Assembly (NCBI GenBank): GCA_035493955.1
Contig: DATJHI010000003.1
Location: 971 to 64,970 of the forward strand
Length of the DNA stretch: 64,000 nt
Reading direction: 5' to 3'
From: Caulobacteraceae bacterium
GTDB taxonomy: Bacteria; Pseudomonadota; Alphaproteobacteria; Caulobacterales; Caulobacteraceae
Shown: one piece after another, positions 22,334-31,708 of the stretch
How positions within the stretch are numbered: the first letter of the stretch is position 1
Layout: each line of letters begins with the position of its first letter
Notes under the pieces: generated by a model
What the model saw: only the letters and a program-made list of their open reading frames with translations
Told to the model about the DNA's origin: nothing
The model's database searches: none
Made by a program: the position numbers and the translations under genes

Positions 22334-22879
22334 GTGAGCAAAAGCCAAGGCGGTCTGCCGCCATTCGACAATTCGATCGATCCGGACGGCGAGTTCCCCA
22401 TAGGGGCGTCGGATTATTTCTTCTATCTGCTGTTTCTCACCGCCCGACAGCGGGACCTGGGCCTCAACGCGGCCTTGGCGCCCACCGGCATGACCATGGC
22501 CCGCTGGCGCATCTTGTCGATAATCCGCCGCATCGAAGGATGCGCCATGTCGACCCTTTCCAGGTTCAGCACGGTCGAGCGCACGACCCTGACCCGATCG
22601 GTCGACCAGCTTGTCGAGGAGGGCCTGGTGGTGCGCTGGGTTCCCGAGGAGGATCGTCGCCAGGTATGCCTGGCCCTGACCGAGACGGGGCAGAAGGCCT
22701 ACAGCGGGGCCCTCGCCGCGTTGTTGGGGTTCAATCAGCAGATGCTGGAGGGATTGGAGCCCCATCGCGTAAGGGACGCCGCGCGCCTGCTGCAGGCCGT
22801 CCTGTCCAACGTGGTCGGGGACGAGGCGCTGTCGGCCGAGCTGCTCACCTTCAGGCGTCCGTCGGCCGCAGGCGTCTAG
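22334..22879 (+). CDS. MarR-family transcriptional regulator
   Basis: The winged-helix core (MTMARWRILSIIRRIEGCAMSTLSRFSTVERTTLTRSVDQLVEEGLVVR....DRR...L.LTE.G) is typical MarR. Start tentatively at in-frame GTG 22334; the upstream part of the 430-aa track ORF runs antisense to the regulator gene. Confidence 0.8.
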   Translation: MSKSQGGLPPFDNSIDPDGEFPIGASDYFFYLLFLTARQRDLGLNAALAPTGMTMARWRILSIIRRIEGCAMSTLSRFSTVERTTLTRSVDQLVEEGLVVRWVPEEDRRQVCLALTETGQKAYSGALAALLGFNQQMLEGLEPHRVRDAARLLQAVLSNVVGDEALSAELLTFRRPSAAGV

Positions 22880-23376
22880 AAAGCCGTCAGGGTCCAGCCG
22901 ATCCAACGGCCCGCGACGACCACGCCGGTCCACAGGGCCAGCGACAAAAGGGCGGCGACCTTGGCGCTCAAGGGCGTTGGGACCCCGCTGTTCCAGTTGT
23001 GCACCTTCGACCAGGTGAAGAGGTGGAAGACGGCCAGGTTCACGCCGGCGATCGCCAGCAGGATCATCTTGATCTTGAATTCGCGGTTGCCGAGATAGGC
23101 GGTGGCCTGACCCACGAACAGCAGGCTGCCGGTGACCACCGCCACCAGGAAGCTCGCCCAGGTCCAGGGCAGCACCTCGTTCGAGATCTTGACCACGGCG
23201 TGGTTGCGCGACGACACGCCGAGCAGCCTGAGGTCGAGCATGGCGATCGAGCCGAACACCAGCATCACCGAGATCACATGCGCCGCTTCCAGGCCCGGAA
23301 AGGCGAGCGGGTCGGCCTGGACCCACTCGGCCAGCTTGGTGTTGTCGACGGAGCCGAGGGTCTTGAGCAGGTCCAT
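22876..23376 (-). CDS. Integral membrane protein (about 4 TM), unknown function, paralog 1
   Basis: 166 aa with four hydrophobic segments and conserved His residues in TM1 and TM3 (AAHVISVML, AVFHLF). Its stop overlaps the convergent MarR stop (CTAG). Confidence 0.65.
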   Translation of the reverse strand: MDLLKTLGSVDNTKLAEWVQADPLAFPGLEAAHVISVMLVFGSIAMLDLRLLGVSSRNHAVVKISNEVLPWTWASFLVAVVTGSLLFVGQATAYLGNREFKIKMILLAIAGVNLAVFHLFTWSKVHNWNSGVPTPLSAKVAALLSLALWTGVVVAGRWIGWTLTAF

Positions 23377-23388
23377 CGCCGTAGATCC

Positions 23389-23907
23389 TCAGCTGTTCGG
23401 AAAGATGACGTAGCCGTAGGCGAGCCAGCGTCCGGTGCAGACGGTGGCCATCCACAACAACAGGCAGACCGGCGCGATCACCTTGGCGGCGGCGCGGCGT
23501 CCCCCGGTCATCTCCCAGAACGCGGCGTCGGACTGAAGGGTGAGCTGCAGCGCCGCGGTGGTCAGGATCGAGACCGCCATCAGCGCCATCTTCAGCTGGA
23601 ACATCGGCGTGGGCAGCCCCCGCCGCGCGCCGGCTCCGGTGACCAGGATCAGGCCGGAAATGAAGACGATGGCCAGCGCGCCCCAGATCCAGGGCGTGAA
23701 GCGGCGCATCATCTCGGCGAGGGATCCGGAACGGCCGGCAAGTCCCGCCAGCCTCAGGGTGATCATGCCGACCGCGAACAGCACCAGGCCCATGGCCAGG
23801 ATATGCACGGACTCCAGCACGGCCTTGACCCAGACCGTGTCGCGTACGGCGCCGGCGATCGGCCACTGGCCGATCATGGCCTGCCATGCGGCCAGCGTTT
23901 GCTGCAT
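23389..23907 (-). CDS. Integral membrane protein (about 4 TM), unknown function, paralog 2
   Basis: Trimmed to ATG 23907 (MQQTLAAWQ...), preceded by GGAGGA. Same topology and C-terminal GRW(I/L) motif as the downstream paralog. Confidence 0.65.
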   Translation of the reverse strand: MQQTLAAWQAMIGQWPIAGAVRDTVWVKAVLESVHILAMGLVLFAVGMITLRLAGLAGRSGSLAEMMRRFTPWIWGALAIVFISGLILVTGAGARRGLPTPMFQLKMALMAVSILTTAALQLTLQSDAAFWEMTGGRRAAAKVIAPVCLLLWMATVCTGRWLAYGYVIFPNS

Positions 23908-24083
23908 GCGTCCTCCGCATCCGCCGGATGGGAATTGCGCGCCCTGGCGGTATCGCCAGCGCAGCAAACGATTTTATCGCCGTCTTGGCAAACCCCGCCT
24001 CGCCGTGGCGCCCTTGCCACCGCCCGGGTATGAGCGATAACGCTCAAGCAGCCGACTGAACCCTTGGCGTTCGGAAACCAACG

Positions 24084-25097
24084 ATGCGGCCGACCATAGC
24101 CATCAGCCTTGGCGATCCAGCCGGGATCGGTCCGGAGATCGCCTACAAGGCGGCCCAAGATCCGCGGGTGCGCGCCGCGTGCCGGCCGCTGCTCGTCGGC
24201 GACCGGCGTTCGCTGGAGGCCCATGCTCGCGCCTGTGGCTTCGACCTCGACGTGGAAATCGTCGACGCCCGGGGGATAGGCCGGTCCGATCGGGTCGAAT
24301 TGCTCCACCTCGACCTTCTGGGAGACGAGGCCCTGCGGATGGGCGAGATCACCGCCCTGCACGGCCGGGCCGCCGTCGAGGCGGCCGGGGCGGCCATCGA
24401 CCTGGCCATGAGCGGGGCCGTCGACGCCGTCGTCGCCGCGCCCCAGACGGAGATGGCCATCCATAAGGCGGGGATCGACTTCGACGGCTACCCGAGTTTC
24501 GTGGCGCGGCGGACCGGCACGCCGGTCGAGGACGCCTTCCTGATGCTGTGCTTCGACGGCTTCCGCATCGCCCACGCCACCCTGCACGTCAGCCTGCGCC
24601 GGGCGATAGAGCTGGTCACCGAGGCCCGCGTCCTGCACGTGATCAAGACCACCCACGAGACCCTGGAGCAACTGGGCGTGGCCGCGCCGCGCATCGCCGT
24701 CTCCGGCCTCAACTGCCACGCGGGGGAAAACGGCCTGTTCGGCGGTGAGGAGATCGAGATCATCGGCCCGGCCATGGACCGGGCCCGCGCCGCCGGCATC
24801 CGGGTGGAGGGCCCCTTCGGCGCCGACATCATGTTCCAGAAAAAAGGTTATGACGGCTTCGTGGTCATGATCCACGATCAGGGCCATGTGGCGGCCAAAC
24901 TGCTGGCCGCCAACCGCACCGCGGGCCTGACCATCGGGACTCCCATCCTGTTCTCCTCCGTCGCCCACGGCAGCGCCCTCGATATCGCCGGAAAGGACCT
25001 GGCTTCGCCCGAGGCTGTGGTGGAGGCGTCGACCCGCCTCGCCGCGGCGGCGGTGCGCCGCGGGGAACGCGCCCGCGCGGAGTCGGCCCATGCTTAA
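24084..25097 (+). CDS. PdxA-family NAD(P)-dependent dehydrogenase (4-hydroxythreonine-4-phosphate dehydrogenase-like; TphB-type candidate)
   Basis: 337 aa. N-terminus IAISLGDPAGIGPEI, later GLNCHAGENG and HDQG, all PdxA family hallmarks. Overlaps the next gene by 8 nt. Confidence 0.85.
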   Translation: MRPTIAISLGDPAGIGPEIAYKAAQDPRVRAACRPLLVGDRRSLEAHARACGFDLDVEIVDARGIGRSDRVELLHLDLLGDEALRMGEITALHGRAAVEAAGAAIDLAMSGAVDAVVAAPQTEMAIHKAGIDFDGYPSFVARRTGTPVEDAFLMLCFDGFRIAHATLHVSLRRAIELVTEARVLHVIKTTHETLEQLGVAAPRIAVSGLNCHAGENGLFGGEEIEIIGPAMDRARAAGIRVEGPFGADIMFQKKGYDGFVVMIHDQGHVAAKLLAANRTAGLTIGTPILFSSVAHGSALDIAGKDLASPEAVVEASTRLAAAAVRRGERARAESAHA

Positions 25098-26376
25098 GCG
25101 GGAGCACAACGAACTCCTGACCCGCACCGACCCCGGCGCCCCGATGGGCCGGCTGTTCCGCTGCTACTGGCTGCCGGCCCTGCTGGCGAGCGAACTCCCC
25201 GAAGACGGCTGTGCGCCCGTGCGGGTCAAGCTGCTGGGCGAGCGGCTGCTGGCGGTCCGCGACGGCGAGGGCCGCTACGGCCTGATCGACGAATTGTGCG
25301 CCCACCGCCGCGTCTCGCTGTGGTTCGGCAAGGTCGAGGACGACGGCGTGCGGTGCGCCTATCACGGCTGGAAATACGGTCTCGACGGCGTCTGCACCGA
25401 CATCCCTTCCGAGCCGGAAGGCAGCGAGCTGTGCCGCCGGGTGCGGCTGAAGGCCTATCCCCTGATCAAGCTGGGCGACGTCCTGTGGACCTATATGGGC
25501 CCGGCCGAGGACCAGCCGCCGCCGCCGGAATGGGAGTTCGCCACCGTCCCGGCCGACCAGACCTTCACCTCCAAGCGTAGCCAGGAGTGCAACTGGCTGC
25601 AGGCGATGGAGGGCGGCATCGATTCCAGCCACGTGTCGTGGCTGCACCGGGGCAACCTCAACACCGATCCGCTGTTCAAGGGCGCCAAGGTCAACCAGTA
25701 CAACCTCAACGACGCCCGTCCGGTGTTCGAGGTGGCCGAGACCGAGGGCGGCCTGGCCATCGGCGCCCGCCGCCAGGCCGAGAACGACCAGTGGTACTGG
25801 CGGGTCACCCCCTGGATCATGCCCTCGTTCACCATGGTGCCGCCGCGGGCCGACCACCCCCTGCATGGCCATTTCTGGATTCCGATCGACGACGAGAACT
25901 GCTGGGCCTGGAGCTTCGACTACCATCCGACCCGGCCGCTCAGCCGGACCGAACGGCAGGCGATGGAGGACGGCAAGGGCGTCCACGTCAAATACGTACC
26001 CGGCACGTTCCGGCCCCTCGCCAACAAGGACAACGACTATCTGCTCGACCGCACGGCCCAGAGGTCCGGCGCGTCGTTCAGCGGGGTCGAGGGCATCGGC
26101 ATGCAGGACGCCGCCCTGCAGGAGAGCATGGGTCCGATCTGCGACCGGACCCAGGAGCATCTGGTCTCCACCGACCGGGGCATCGTCATGGCCCGGTCGC
26201 GCCTGCTGCGCGCGGTCCGGGCCCTGGTCGACGACGGCATCAAGCCGCCGGGGGTCGATCCGGCGCACCAGCGGATCCGCTCCACGGCCATGCTGCTGCC
26301 GGCCGGACAGGCCTTTGACGAACCGGCCAAGACAGCCATGACCGCCCGGGAAGGGGCGGCCCACGTCACCGTCTGA
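25090..26376 (+). CDS. Rieske [2Fe-2S] aromatic-ring-hydroxylating oxygenase, alpha subunit (phthalate family)
   Basis: Rieske motif CAHRRVSL...CAYHGWKY and mononuclear-iron motif NWLQAMEGGIDSSHVSWLH (D-x2-H-x4-H). 428 aa and no beta subunit gene, as in phthalate-family (class IA) oxygenases. Confidence 0.9.
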   Translation: MLKREHNELLTRTDPGAPMGRLFRCYWLPALLASELPEDGCAPVRVKLLGERLLAVRDGEGRYGLIDELCAHRRVSLWFGKVEDDGVRCAYHGWKYGLDGVCTDIPSEPEGSELCRRVRLKAYPLIKLGDVLWTYMGPAEDQPPPPEWEFATVPADQTFTSKRSQECNWLQAMEGGIDSSHVSWLHRGNLNTDPLFKGAKVNQYNLNDARPVFEVAETEGGLAIGARRQAENDQWYWRVTPWIMPSFTMVPPRADHPLHGHFWIPIDDENCWAWSFDYHPTRPLSRTERQAMEDGKGVHVKYVPGTFRPLANKDNDYLLDRTAQRSGASFSGVEGIGMQDAALQESMGPICDRTQEHLVSTDRGIVMARSRLLRAVRALVDDGIKPPGVDPAHQRIRSTAMLLPAGQAFDEPAKTAMTAREGAAHVTV

Positions 26377-26428
26377 TCGACGGAGGGCGAAGACAACAGC
26401 GTAGCCGGCGGCCGGGGAGGGCGCTTGG

Positions 26429-27883
26429 ATGAGCACAGGGGAAGTCGAAACGGCGGGCGAGCCCGCACGGGTCCAGGCTGCGCCATGGGCGTGGTTCGTC
26501 GCCCGCCGAACCCTGTTGGCTCAGGCCGTGACGCTCCTGGTCCCCCTGGGAGTCTGGTTCGCGCCGCTGGGGGCGGCGCCCCGCACCCAGCATTCCCTGG
26601 CCATACTGGCCTTCATGCTGCTGTCCTGGATCACCGAGTCCATCGACTACGCGGTCGCCGGGCTGATGGGCTGCGTGTTGTTCTGGGCCCTGGGGTTGGC
26701 CAAGTTCGACCTGGCCTTCAGCGGCTTCGTCGACACCACCACCTGGTTCATGTTCGCGGCCCTGCTGATGGGCCAGATCGCCTCCCGGACCACGGTGGCG
26801 CGGCGGCTGGCCAGCTGGGTGATGCTGCGGATCGGCGGCTCCTATTCGCGGGTCCTGCTCGGCCTGATCGTCACCAACTTCCTGCTCACCTTCATCATCC
26901 CCTCGGGGACGGTGCGGCTGGTGATGATGGCGACCATCGCCCTCGGGCTGGTGGAGAGTTTCGGGGTCGGCAAGGGCAGCAACATCGGCCGGGGGATGTT
27001 CCTGATCCTGACCTACGCCTCGGTCTTCTTCGACAAGTTCATCGTCGCCGGCGCTACCTCGATCACCGGCCGGGGCCTGATCGAGAAGTTCGGCGGGGTC
27101 AGCATATCCTGGAGCCAGTGGTTCCTGGCCTTCCTGCCCCTGTCCGTGGCCACCATCGTCGTGTGCTGGCGGCTGACCCTGTGGCTGTTTCCGCCTGAGA
27201 CGGTGAAGGCCGAGGGCGGGGTCGACTACATCCGGCGCGAAGCCGCCGAGATCGGACCCTGGACCCCCATCGACGTCCGCGCGGCGGTGCTGCTGGGCGG
27301 GGCGGTGCTGCTGTGGCTGACCGACTTCGTCCACCATCTGCCGCCCAGCCTGATCGCGCTGGCGGTCGGGCTGATCGCGCTCCTGCCGCGGGTCAACATC
27401 CTCAGCATCGAGGACATGAAGCGGACCAACTACCTGCCGTTCCTCTTCGTCGGGGCGGCCATCGGCATGGGGGCGGTGCTGTCGGCCACGGGCGCGCTCA
27501 ACCTACTGACCGTGTTCCTGTTTTCCTGGATGCAGCCTCTGATGACGCATCCCTTCGTGTCCACGGGCATCCTCTATTGGTCGGCCTTCGCCTACCACTT
27601 CTTCGTGGCCAGCGAGATCTCGATGATGATCACCTCGGTGCCGCCGCTGATGGCGTTCGCCAAGGCGCACGGGTTCAGTCCGGCTGTCCTGGGGATGATC
27701 TGGGTGTTCGCCGCCGGCGGAAAGCTGTTCGCCTACCAGTCGGCCGTCTCCATCATCGGCTACTCTTACGGATATTTCCGAGCCGTCGACCTCATCAAGC
27801 TCGGGTTCCTCCTCACCGTGTTCGAGTTTCTTCTGCTGCTGGTCGCCGTTCCGTTCTACTGGCCGCTGATCGGGATCCACTGA
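26429..27883 (+). CDS. Anion permease (DASS/SLC13-like, ArsB/NhaD superfamily)
   Basis: 484 aa, polytopic (more than 10 hydrophobic segments). GGGGAGGG RBS 7 nt upstream. Sequence pattern resembles divalent anion:Na+ symporter-type permeases. Confidence 0.7.
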   Translation: MSTGEVETAGEPARVQAAPWAWFVARRTLLAQAVTLLVPLGVWFAPLGAAPRTQHSLAILAFMLLSWITESIDYAVAGLMGCVLFWALGLAKFDLAFSGFVDTTTWFMFAALLMGQIASRTTVARRLASWVMLRIGGSYSRVLLGLIVTNFLLTFIIPSGTVRLVMMATIALGLVESFGVGKGSNIGRGMFLILTYASVFFDKFIVAGATSITGRGLIEKFGGVSISWSQWFLAFLPLSVATIVVCWRLTLWLFPPETVKAEGGVDYIRREAAEIGPWTPIDVRAAVLLGGAVLLWLTDFVHHLPPSLIALAVGLIALLPRVNILSIEDMKRTNYLPFLFVGAAIGMGAVLSATGALNLLTVFLFSWMQPLMTHPFVSTGILYWSAFAYHFFVASEISMMITSVPPLMAFAKAHGFSPAVLGMIWVFAAGGKLFAYQSAVSIIGYSYGYFRAVDLIKLGFLLTVFEFLLLLVAVPFYWPLIGIH

Positions 27884-27990
27884 AGGTCCAGCCTGCGGTC
27901 TGCCCGTCGCGACGAGGCGAACATATCGCCAAGCGGATCAACGCCCGTTACTGACGGCCTGCGCCGTCCTGACGCGGAACGGAGAACAGA

Positions 27991-28755
27991 GTGATCGGCC
28001 AGAGCTATCTCCTTCACCTGCTGGTGCTGTTCGTGGCCGCCCTGTGGGCGGGGGCCCAGAACCAGCTTGCCGGCGGCGGCTCCTTCATCACCCTGCCGGC
28101 GTTGATGCTCACGGGCATGGACGCCCGGGCCGCCAACATCACCTCCACCGTCGCCCTGTTTCCCGGACAGACCGCCGGCGGATGGATGGGCCGCAAGCTG
28201 GCCAGCGGCGCGGGCGCCCTTTCGCTCAGGGCCCTGGTGATCATCAGCCTGGTCGGCGGGGCGCTGGGCGCGGTGCTGTTGCTGCTGACGCCGTCGAGCC
28301 TGTTCGAACGGATGGTCCCGTGGCTGGTGCTGTTCGCCACCGGGGCCTTCGCCTGGGGCAGTTTCGGCCGCAAGCCCGACCCGGCGGCCAAGGGCCTGCG
28401 CCCGGGGGCCGCGGGACTGATCCAGTTCGGCATCGCCGTCTACGGAGGTTATTTCGGCGGCGGCATCGGCTTCCTCATGCTGGCCGCCCTGACCCTCGCC
28501 CACGTCCCCGTGCGGGCGGCCGGGGCGACCAAGAACCTCTTGGCGGGAGTGATGAACTTCACCGCCGTGCTGATCTTCCTGTTCTCCGGTCAGGTCCGCT
28601 GGATCGCCGCCGCCGTGGCCTGCGCGGGCGCCCTGGTCGGCAGCTTCTTCGGCGCCCGCATGCTGCACCGGGTGGACGAGAAGCTGCTGCGCGTCATGGT
28701 GGTCGTCATCGGGCTGCTGCTGACCGTCGGTCTGTTCATCCGGTCCCGCCACTAG
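27991..28755 (+). CDS. TauE/SafE-family sulfite/anion exporter
   Basis: 254 aa, about 8 TM, with a typical TauE-family layout (GGGSFITLPALM near the N-terminus and a repeated half). GTG start after GGAGAA. Confidence 0.8.
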   Translation: MIGQSYLLHLLVLFVAALWAGAQNQLAGGGSFITLPALMLTGMDARAANITSTVALFPGQTAGGWMGRKLASGAGALSLRALVIISLVGGALGAVLLLLTPSSLFERMVPWLVLFATGAFAWGSFGRKPDPAAKGLRPGAAGLIQFGIAVYGGYFGGGIGFLMLAALTLAHVPVRAAGATKNLLAGVMNFTAVLIFLFSGQVRWIAAAVACAGALVGSFFGARMLHRVDEKLLRVMVVVIGLLLTVGLFIRSRH

Positions 28756-28829
28756 AGGGCTTGGCTTCGTCCAGGGCCCATGGGCAAAATGGCCGGTCGG
28801 GTCTTAGAATCCCAAGGGAGAAAGTATCC

Positions 28830-29483
28830 ATGAAGGCTTACCTGTCCGCCGCCGCGCTTGCGCTCGGCCTGCAACTGGGGGTCGCCCCGGCGGTCTTCGC
28901 CCAGGGGGCGCCGCCGCCGCCGGCCGTCGAAGCCGGGGCCAGCCTGCGCGCCCTCGTCAACGTCCCGGCCAAGGGGGGTGCGACGCTGACCGTCTCCTCC
29001 CCGGCCTTCAAGGCGGGCGGGGACATCCCGTTCGAGAACACCATGTACCGGGGCAACGTCTTTCCTGGCCTGAGCTGGACCAAGGGCCCGGCCGCGACCA
29101 AGTCCTACGTGGTGATCATGCAGGACACCGACGCGATGATGCGCGGCGCGCCGATCCTGCACTGGACCCTGTACAATGTTCCCGCGACGGTGACGAAGCT
29201 GGATCCGGCCATGACCGCGCCGCCGGCCGGGGCTTCCTACGGCCCCAACGTCCGTGGACCGAACAGCCCCTATGCCGGACCGCGCCCGCCGGCCGGACCG
29301 AAGCACCGTTATCATCTGCAGGTCTTCGCCCTGGACACCACCCTGAAGGCCGATCCGGCCATGACCTACGAGGCCCTCACGGGCGCCATGAAGGACCATG
29401 TGCTGGCCAGCGGCGAACTGATCGGCCTTGGCCAGTTCGATCCGACCGCGCCGCCGCAGGCTCCGCGTCCGCCCGCCAACTAA
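28830..29483 (+). CDS. YbhB/YbcL-family Raf-kinase-inhibitor-like (PEBP) protein, secreted
   Basis: Signal peptide followed by PEBP motifs (S.AF..GG.IP, HW.LYN.P, GP.PP.G.HRY.F.V.ALD). Start at ATG 28830 after AAGGGAG. Confidence 0.85.
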   Translation: MKAYLSAAALALGLQLGVAPAVFAQGAPPPPAVEAGASLRALVNVPAKGGATLTVSSPAFKAGGDIPFENTMYRGNVFPGLSWTKGPAATKSYVVIMQDTDAMMRGAPILHWTLYNVPATVTKLDPAMTAPPAGASYGPNVRGPNSPYAGPRPPAGPKHRYHLQVFALDTTLKADPAMTYEALTGAMKDHVLASGELIGLGQFDPTAPPQAPRPPAN

Positions 29484-29510
29484 AGGCGCGCCCACAGGGC
29501 CGAACAGATT

Positions 29511-29548
29511 GCGCCCCTGCGGCCGACGTCGCGGGGGCGCTTTCGTTT
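29511..29548 (+). terminator. Rho-independent terminator candidate after the PEBP gene
   Basis: GCGCCCC...GGGGCGC stem followed by TTTCGTTT. Confidence 0.5.
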
Positions 29549-29574
29549 GCGGGCGGCCGGCTCCTGCGCGCCGT

Positions 29575-30165
29575 CTACTGCGCCGGCCAGAGCGAACCGG
29601 CGGCGGCCTGCAGGTCGCCGGCGACGTTGCGGCGCGCCAGCGACAGCCCTTCCAGCTTCACCCGGTCCCCACGCAGCACGCGCGGGTGCAGGCTGTAGCC
29701 GATCTGGTACAGCGCCCGGTCCGTCTTGGTCTGGCCGTCCTCGATGAACACGGTCAGCACGCCGACGGGCGCCCGGCCGGCCTTGGCCTTGCCCGCGGCC
29801 TTGCGCAGGCCCTCGTCGATCCAGCCGGCTTCCAGGCGGGGGTTGCCGGTGGTTTCGATGCTGTCCGACCGGATCGACTTGGGAAACCATAGGGTCTGGG
29901 TCTGGATCACCTGCTCGGGATGGACCGAGGCCAGCCGCACCTGCTCGCCGTCGGCTTCCAGCGTCCCGGTCATTAGGAAGGCCGGCCTGGCGCCGATCTC
30001 GGCCTGGCGCTCACGGGCGGCGGCGGCGCGTTCGCGATCCTCCTGGATGCGCGCCCGGTGGTTGTCCCAATAGCCCAGGGCGGCGAGCGCCAGGGCCAGG
30101 ACGCCGACGACCTCCGCCAAGGTCAACCAGCGCAGCGGCAGGCGTTTGCGGGGCGTGTCGCTCAT
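29575..30165 (-). CDS. Membrane-anchored hypothetical protein
   Basis: 196 aa with a single N-terminal TM (WLTLAEVVGVLALALAALGYW) and high GC3. No motif recognised. Confidence 0.5.
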   Translation of the reverse strand: MSDTPRKRLPLRWLTLAEVVGVLALALAALGYWDNHRARIQEDRERAAAARERQAEIGARPAFLMTGTLEADGEQVRLASVHPEQVIQTQTLWFPKSIRSDSIETTGNPRLEAGWIDEGLRKAAGKAKAGRAPVGVLTVFIEDGQTKTDRALYQIGYSLHPRVLRGDRVKLEGLSLARRNVAGDLQAAAGSLWPAQ

Positions 30166-30368
30166 ATCCGGCTCCGACCGCGGTCCGCAGGTCCGCGCCG
30201 CATGGTCTCTGTTCTAGGCCAGATGGGGGCCCGGACAAACCGGGCAAGCTGCGTCTCAGCGCCGCTTTTGGCCTTGGGCGAGCGCGATCACCCTCAAGGT
30301 TCGAGCCGTAGGGGGATGCGCGCGATCCCTTCAGGGTCTATCTGCAGCCGCAGGACGGCGGAGGGGCC

Positions 30369-31610
30369 ATGACCGACCAGGCGATCGCGACCGACATCGT
30401 GGAAGGCGGCGGAAAGCCGAGGAGGAGCGGCGAAACGGTGTTCGCCGTGCTGCTGGCGATCAGCTTCTGCCACTTGCTCAACGACATGATGCAGTCGCTG
30501 CTGCCGGCCATCTATCCGAAGCTGAAGGTGGATTTCGGCTTGAGTTTCGGTCAGATCGGCCTCGTCACCCTCTGCTATCAGCTGACCGCTTCGATCCTGC
30601 AGCCCCTGGTCGGCCTGGTCGCCGACAAGCGCCCGACGCCCTTGGCGCTGCCCGGGGGGACCCTCTTCACCCTGACCGGCCTGTGCATCCTGTCGATCGC
30701 CCACGCCTATCCGGTCATACTGATGGGAGCCTGCCTGCTGGGCATGGGCTCGTCGGTGTTCCACCCGGAGTCCTCCCGGGTCGCGCGCATGGCCTCGGGC
30801 GGGCGGTTCGGTCTGGCCCAGTCCCTGTTCCAGGTCGGCGGCAACATCGGCCAGGCGCTGGGGCCGCTGGCGGCGGCGCTGGTGGTGGTGCGGTGGGGCC
30901 AGTCGAGCCTGGCCTTCTTCGCGCTCCTTTGCCTGGTCTCCTGCGCGATCCTGTGGAACGTCGGCCTGTGGTACAGGCGCCACGGCCTGGCGCGGCAGGC
31001 GGCGGGGCGGAAGAAGGCCATCGCCATCGCCTTGCCAAAAGGCGCCGCGGTGCGCGGGATCGCCGTGCTCATGGCGCTTGTATTCTCGAAGTTCGTCTAC
31101 CTGGCCAGCCTGTCGAGCTACTACACCTTCTACCTGATCGAGAAGTTCCACCTGTCGGTGCAGAGCGCCCAGCTCCACCTGTTCGCCTTCCTGGCGGCGG
31201 TGGCCGTGGGCACCGTGGCCGGCGGTCCGATCGGCGACCGGTTCGGGCGGAAGTACGTGATCTGGTTCTCGATCCTGGGCGCCCTGCCGTTCACCCTGTT
31301 GCTCCCCCACGCCAGCCTGTTCTGGACGGGGCCGCTGACGGTGATGATCGGTCTGATCCTCGCCTCGGCCTTTCCCGCCATCGTGGTGTTCGGCCAGGAA
31401 CTGGCGCCGGGCAGGGTGGGGATGATCTCCGGGATGTTCTTCGGCCTCTCGTTCGGCATGGGCGGGATCGGCGCGGCCGTGCTGGGATGGCTGGCCGACC
31501 GCACCGGCATCGAAGCCGTCTATCAGCTTTGCGCCTACCTTCCGGCGATCGGCCTGTTGGCGGCCTTTCTGCCCAAATTCGAACCGCCCAAGGCCGCTCC
31601 ATCCGCCTGA
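30369..31610 (+). CDS. MFS transporter (Fsr/fosmidomycin-resistance-like)
   Basis: 413 aa, 12 predicted TM. The N-terminal FCHLLNDMMQSLLPAIYP is typical of the Fsr subfamily. Confidence 0.85.
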   Translation: MTDQAIATDIVEGGGKPRRSGETVFAVLLAISFCHLLNDMMQSLLPAIYPKLKVDFGLSFGQIGLVTLCYQLTASILQPLVGLVADKRPTPLALPGGTLFTLTGLCILSIAHAYPVILMGACLLGMGSSVFHPESSRVARMASGGRFGLAQSLFQVGGNIGQALGPLAAALVVVRWGQSSLAFFALLCLVSCAILWNVGLWYRRHGLARQAAGRKKAIAIALPKGAAVRGIAVLMALVFSKFVYLASLSSYYTFYLIEKFHLSVQSAQLHLFAFLAAVAVGTVAGGPIGDRFGRKYVIWFSILGALPFTLLLPHASLFWTGPLTVMIGLILASAFPAIVVFGQELAPGRVGMISGMFFGLSFGMGGIGAAVLGWLADRTGIEAVYQLCAYLPAIGLLAAFLPKFEPPKAAPSA

Positions 31611-31708
31611 GGCGTGCGGGCCTCCGAACCTTTGCCGCGCCCCTTTGTGGAAACGGCCTAAGCCCGTATATCGTACGCCCCGAGGATTAACCCCGGGAGA
31701 CCTCTTAC

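Noticed and set aside
22168-24033. 621-aa plus-strand ORF across the MarR and membrane-protein genes
   Set aside because: The translation is low-complexity and Arg/Gly-rich. It overlaps a MarR gene in another frame and two membrane-protein genes in antisense.
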